64,000 bases of DNA from assembly GCF_009914755.1 (NCBI RefSeq), contig NC_060929.1; one strand, 5' to 3'. This stretch comes from the human T2T-CHM13v2.0 reference genome, Homo sapiens. Position numbers and translations under genes: made by a program. Shown piece by piece: positions 56,766-64,000 of this stretch (position 1 is the stretch's first letter; each line of letters begins with the position of its first letter). Under the pieces are notes generated by a model, which saw nothing but the letters and a program-made list of their open reading frames with translations, made no database searches and was not told where the DNA came from.

Positions 56766-56879
56766 TAAATTGTCTCTCTTGCAGGAATCGTGGACAAAGA
56801 AACTATGTGATTCACTGTGAAGGACCTGTTAATAAAACTGCAATTAAAAAAGAAATTCATAATAATAATAATAATAATA

Positions 56880-58856
56880 ATTTACTTATTTATTTGCTTA
56901 AATGTTTCAGTTTTGGCCACAGGGAGCTCTTTCAGTTGATTCCTGTGTCCCTTTGACATAGTCTAAACTACAAACACCTTTTCTTTGTAATTTTGTCTTG
57001 AAGTTTTTTTTTTTTTGTGTGTGTGTGTGTGTGTGTTCTTTTGTTTGTTTTTTGAGACAGGGTCTCCCTCTGTCACCCTGGCTGCAGTAGAGTGGCACAA
57101 TCTCAGCTTACTGCAACCTCCCCTTCCTGGGCTCAAGCGATCCTCCCATCTCAGCACCACAAGTAGCTGGGACAACAGGTGCACCACCATGCCTGGCTAA
57201 TTTTTGTATTTTTTGTAGAGATGGTTTTTGCTATGTTGCCCAGGCTGGTCTCGAACTCCTGAGCTCAAGCAATCCACCTACCTAGGCTTCCAAAGTGCTG
57301 GGATTACAGGCGTGAGCCACTGTGCCTGGCCTGTTTTAAACACTATTTTATGGCTCTTCAAGGTGCTCTAGGTTCATCTGGTATATTCATGTCTCAGTCT
57401 TAGAATTAACCATTTCTCCCAGGGATAATTGGAGAACTGTATTGGAAACCAATAACTGGGTGGTAGATGTGCTTGTTGCTACTGGGATGTCATTGTCATA
57501 AGCCCTAAGCATATAGCAAGAAAATATATTCTTGTATACTAACAAATGTACGTAGACACATCTATAAATATTCCCATATGTATCAATCTATATCTATATT
57601 AAGCTAAACACAAGTTCGTACTGTTGTCTCCAACTCTGATTTGTTAACATATGAAATATTCTAGCCTGTTTCCTTTGTTGTCTGTGTTCTCCCACTCCAA
57701 TAATGAGAAGCCTGTCTCCTGCCATCAGTAATCCACTTACTTAGCTGTTTAATTTTAGTATAGAGTTTTCAGAATTGTTTGCCAGTACTCACATGAAAAA
57801 CAACTTTAACAACTAGAGTATTATGCTCATTTACAGTTCCTTTTGGCTTTAGTCTTAGTCCCTACTTATTTCTAAAGTTACTTAAGTCAACACTTCTCCC
57901 ACACCTGCTTTAGTAAAGTAATTTCATATATTTGTAACACAGTTAGATTTTGTCATCATAGTATTCATTCTATTCTGGGATCCACTGATGTTCTAAATTT
58001 TTTTTTTCAATTGCATATATTAATATTCACTTTGTGCCTTAAGGTTTATGTAGATTTAAAAAATTTTACAGTATCAAGTATCCACCGCTGCAGTATCCTA
58101 AAAAATAGTTTCATAAATAAATGAGTAGAAAAGTATGGACAAATTTCCAGTGCAGAAAATTCCAAATAACTTATGCATATATTATACATTCAGGAAGATG
58201 GAATTTAACTCCTTGTTTCTTAAGTATGGATTGCACATAGTGACTTCCTTTTTACGAGTATAGTTTGGAAAGAAGGAAAAAGAGTAATTTAATTGTGGAG
58301 CAACCTGACAAACTACTTCAGCTTGGTGATCAAGATTAACATCAATAGTAATAAGTCATGTTATTGGCATGAGACCTCGACATGAAGTGATGAGACTGGC
58401 CCTTTATCTCTTGGTCTTCCTTCCAAAAACCCATAGCCCCAGTCTACTTATGAGAAAAACACCAGACAAAGCCCAGTTGAGGGATATTCTACAAAAAATC
58501 TCATTAGTACTTTCCAAAATGGTAAAGATCGTCAAAAACAAGGCACATCTGAGAAACTATCACAGTCTGGAGGAGTCTAAGGAGACAGGGTGACCAAATG
58601 CAATGTCGTATCTTGGATAGGATCCTGGAGCAAAAAAAGGATATTTGGTAAAAAGTAAGTAAATCTGAATAAAGAATCAACTTCATAATAATATATTAAT
58701 TTGGCTCATTAATCTTGAACAGTGTACACTTATAAAAGACACTAATTATAGGAGAAACTGGGTGTTTGGGGAGGAAAGTATATGAAAACTCCTTCCTATC
58801 CCTATACAACTTTTCTATATAAAACTGTTCTACTATAAAAAGTTTATTTAAAAATA
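56880..58856 (+). mobile_element. L1MC3/L1MD-type 3' region with an inverted 5' part (56880-58112 antisense; 58113-58856 sense, ending in the 3' terminus)
   Basis: Antisense: ttggccacagggagctctttcagttgattcctgtgtccctttgacata, gtgcttgttgctactgggatgtcattg. Sense: gcacatagtgacttcc, ccaaaaacccatagccccagtcta, atcttggataggatcctggagc, aaaagtttatttaaaaa. Confidence 0.8.
57003..57331 (-). mobile_element. AluJb
   Basis: gagacagggtctc, ctgggctcaagcgatcctccc, gttgcccaggctgg; the tail has decayed to T and (TG)n. Confidence 0.93.
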
Positions 58857-60689
58857 TATAACATAGGAGGCACAACTTTAAAAGAAGCATAACTATGGCA
58901 CAGATCAACTTCTTGTAAACTGGGTAGGTAGGTATCAAAGTGATGATGAGTAATTTCATGGAAAGAGTAACTCTTAAAATTCCAAACTAGAATTTGAAGA
59001 AAGGCGGACATGGGAAATCTGAAGGCAACAGGTCATTCCCCCAAAGGTTTGGATGGAAAGGTTTGGATGGAATTTTAAAAATATGCCAAAATACTGAATG
59101 CATGTGAGAAAGATACGCAATGTAATGATCTTCTCTATTTTCAGGAATATACAAATATTTGAAGTGTGTAATTGGCAAATAAGATTTAAACAAATCTAAG
59201 CTTCACAGGTTTCTGGGAAAAGATGATAGTGCTTTTCAGAGAAGATGTCAATGCATCTGCTGAACTCTGTTGGTCCACTATAGTATCTTCCTTAAGAAGG
59301 TTAAGCATTGCAAGATTAGCTAATGCAATTTTACTTGCCCAATTCCATAGATTTCACTGAATTCTAAATAGACTTATTCAAAGGTACTGGCTTTTTCATA
59401 TCTTAGAAAATAAGGCATTTTCAAACAGCCAGAGAATTTTCTTCCCTTCCCGGAGTCAATATGTTTTATATTCCTATATTCTGCATAGATGAATTCACAG
59501 AATATTTTCTTTTCCTTCTTTGTTAGGCAGGATTGGTCTGAGGTATTTCTTCTCACTGATCGTGAGAAATCTGTGGTGTTTCTTAAACTCGAATTTGCAC
59601 ACTAGTAATAACCAATTGGTCTTACACATTTGAACTGAGCACATTTATTCTCTTTGATAATGATTTTCTAATATTAATTTCCTGGGAATGAGGAAGAAAG
59701 GGTACAAGAAAAGATGTACCAAATCTATATGTCAGCTTTTTCAAAGACTGTATGACAGTTGTGACTCGAAAAGAATCCGCAAGGTGACAGTAATCCCTTT
59801 CAGAAAGGAAAAACGAGGGCTTGCTAATTTTTGAACAAGTCTTAGGATATGTGAAAAGATTACATTCTAGCAAGTAGTCACATCACACTTCTGGTTGGTT
59901 ATAAGATAGGCAGAGCTCATTCTGGAGGGAGAGGTCCTGGCAACCACTGCAGCCAAATCCTTAAAATGGCCGCCAAACTTCCATCTTCTAGTGACTAATT
60001 CTTACACAGATTTTTGCTTAAATATAGCATCATGAATGCACAGCTGCAGAGGATGTGCAAAACAGCCAAATTGTACACATTGCAATCTGTGAGGAGATTT
60101 TTCTTTCTTTTTATGTCTGGGGTGTTGTTTCAAACAACCATGTGGATGCTGTCTTTGGCAATCTGCCATTTCTCTAGCACATTCATAAAACAATTGGAAT
60201 GGCAGTACCTGGGTGCTGTTCCCAGAGAGGCATATAATGTGGAACAGCTGCTCTTCTATTGAAATCATTATGGAGTGTCAGCCTGAGATATGAGTGGGCA
60301 CTGGTTTAAGGATCACTGATGAATAATGACTAAGTGGGTTTTCAAAGAAGCAACTTGAGGTTCCCCCTCTCTGTCTGGCATTTTTGCACAGGAGCTGCCT
60401 GCTGGGAAGCTCAAGAAGAATCTTAAATGTCATTTAGAAAAACTGTCATGTCAACTTTGGCACAAAATATAACAGCCGTGTCCATGTTAAGCAGAATAGG
60501 CTACAGTGAGTTATCATGGAGGTATCATGGTTTCTAAGGAGTATGGCTTATAGAATATGTATAATTGGAAATAGAGAAATTAGAAATTTCCATAGATTTA
60601 CACACCTGTGAAGTAAATGATTGTGTTGCTGAAAATAAAAATTATTAATCCGATCACTTAGCAATAGGTTGTGTGCATGTGTGTGTGTG

Positions 60690-61990
<1,301 letters not shown>

Positions 61991-62029
61991 GATAAGTTTG
62001 CATGAGTAGTACATTGCCATATTGATAGT

Positions 62030-62250
62030 GATAAAATTAACTATCATAAATTGAATGCCTACTCTTGTGTCTCACACTACATATGACATTTGAAAAATCA
62101 TATCTCATTCCGTCTTCACAATAATCTAGAAAAGTAGGCAACATTGAAGGAAATAATCCTCATAAAGTTTAGATAAACTAGCCCACAATCATATACTTAG
62201 CAACTAACCAAGGTGTATTATAGTACTGATTTTCTGACTCCAGAGATTCT
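62030..62250 (-). mobile_element. MIR SINE
   Basis: ttgaatgcctactc...atctcattccgtcttcacaataatcta...aactagcccacaatcata...ctgactccaga. Confidence 0.6.
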
Positions 62251-62947
62251 GTCACTGTAACACCAGCACCAAGCACAGACATTGGGGAAGAACTCCTGCC
62301 TAGAAGGGACACCCCATTGCAAGTACAGATGGAAGAAAATTTACGTTTACTAAGTCTGACATTCTGCTTGGAGAAGAGAGCCTTTTAAATGTCCCATAGT
62401 GATGGTTTGAGGGCTGGAGAGTTTGCCAGTAGTCATGGGGAAAGGTAGAGGTTTAGAAAATGTAGTTTGTACCTAATGTTTTATAGTGCTGCTCTATGCT
62501 TAAAGAGGCCATTCAACCAGTAATCTCAGTTTTTCACAAGTTTTCAAAAAATCAGAATGAAGAATAGAGTCATTTTATCCAAAACTGATGCCATTAAAGC
62601 CCTTATACAAGTGTTCATGAATCCAACTTATTTGAGAATATTTTGGATTCTCACAAGGACCCTAATTTTATTCATTTCAGAACTAACTCTTAAGTGTGTT
62701 TGCAATTCTTAGATTGCAGCAACAGAATGCATACTCAGTGATGAGCATGGGGGTCGCTCCCAGAGCCAGAGCAGGAAGAGAAGGAAGGAATGTTTATAGA
62801 GCAAGGGTGAGGACATCTGTGGAAAAGGGTCACCATTTCTAAAAGAAAATAATATTCAAAGAACAGAGCCAGCACATGCTAAGGAGAACCTTTAGGAAGA
62901 ACATACACAAATAGCATGATGAGAACAAAGTAGCAAGGGCACACTCT

Positions 62948-63080
62948 TATTTATTTATTCCACAAAATGTATTTGATGCCTTCTAGGTGTCAGGCTCATG
63001 CTTGAAGTTGGGAAAGCAGAAATACACAGACATGAAATATGTATGGAAATGCTGATGAGATATTCTTTACCCAGCCCCTG
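62948..63080 (-). mobile_element. L2 3' terminus
   Basis: tatttatttattccacaaaatgtatttgatgccttctaggtgtcaggctcatgcttgaagttggg. Confidence 0.6.
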
Positions 63081-64000
63081 CAGTACAGACTTAAGACATT
63101 CTTTCTTTCTCACCAAGGAATCCTCTCCAACAGCATACTTAAGGAGATGCCGAAGAGTTAGTTCCCAATATAGTATATGTGAATGTGACCACAGCTATAG
63201 AACATGATAGGAATCAGATCCACCAATGGTTTAAGAGATGCTTGAGCTTACAATCCTGCCAGTTGTTGTTGTTGTTGTTGTTGTTTTACAGTATATAATA
63301 GTCCCCGGGTGATTTTTGACAGCAGCACAGACTTTTTTTTTTTTTTTTTTTGAAACTTCTTTAATTGATGGATTCCAGTTGGCCTGGAACTACTGTCACT
63401 TCCTCTAAGAACAGAAACAGTATTTCCTGGAATCCACTTCTTTGTAAGAACTAGCAAAAGATTTGAAAGAGGGAAATGAAGACAGTTTTTAATATCTACA
63501 GGCAGTTACAGCTGGGTGAACATAGAAAGTAGAAAGTAGAATAGTTAGTTCTCTCTTCTTATCTTCTTCCCCAAATAAAATCTGAAAACTCTTTTTTCTT
63601 AATGACAAATTCTCTAATAAATAATACTGTAAAACATATTAAAGATAATAGCCTAAAACTATAGGTTGTTTATTATAAAACAGCTGCATAGGCAGTATCA
63701 CTATTTTTGTAACTGAAGTCAGAGCATCATCTTTAAGAAACGATTTGCACAGAGTTAATTTACAGTAGCATGTCAGACAATGTCTCTTTCTCAGGAGAAA
63801 TTCCATAGATGTTCTAATATATAGCTGGATAAGAAGATGAGCTCTGAGCTCCTAATCAGGATACCCTTACAATTCACTTTCTTTGATATCATGCCAATAA
63901 TCACAACTTTAACAGGAATTAAGGTATTTCCCACAAAGGAGAGAGGCTTTCCATGATCACAGTATAGTAACAGAACTGCTTGTGGTTTAAGTAACTACCC

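Noticed and set aside
59959-59969. Possible CArG (SRF) box ccttaaaatgg
   Set aside because: It has seven A/T bases between CC and GG; the consensus requires six.

Overview
This is hominid (most likely human) nuclear DNA: AT-rich, CpG-depleted, intergenic or deep-intronic. An SVA element, AluY/S/J, L1PA/PB/MA/M, THE1, MLT1, LTR16/33, MIR and L2 elements account for roughly half of the window or more. I recognise no protein-coding gene, RNA gene or CRISPR array. The long ORFs in the supplied track are artefacts of the SVA VNTR, Alus, L1 fragments and a TA/TG microsatellite. The best-supported structures are: (1) a full-length minus-strand SVA_D-like insertion with a target-site duplication (TSD); (2) a multi-layer retrotransposon nest at about 26.7-37.1 kb, in which a 6.7-kb old L1MA insertion keeps a 16-bp TSD; (3) two 5'-inverted (twin-primed) L1s, one from an ancient L1MC/MD-type lineage; (4) a perfect 17-bp-arm hairpin in unique DNA; and (5) motif clusters in non-repetitive islands (MEF2/E-box/MCAT, and overlapping kB/STAT), plus several isolated exon-like segments that could belong to unannotated or non-coding transcripts. 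I found no convincing evidence of a new biological system. Repeat subfamily names come from recalled consensus features, boundaries of old repeats are approximate, and both need RepeatMasker/Dfam confirmation.
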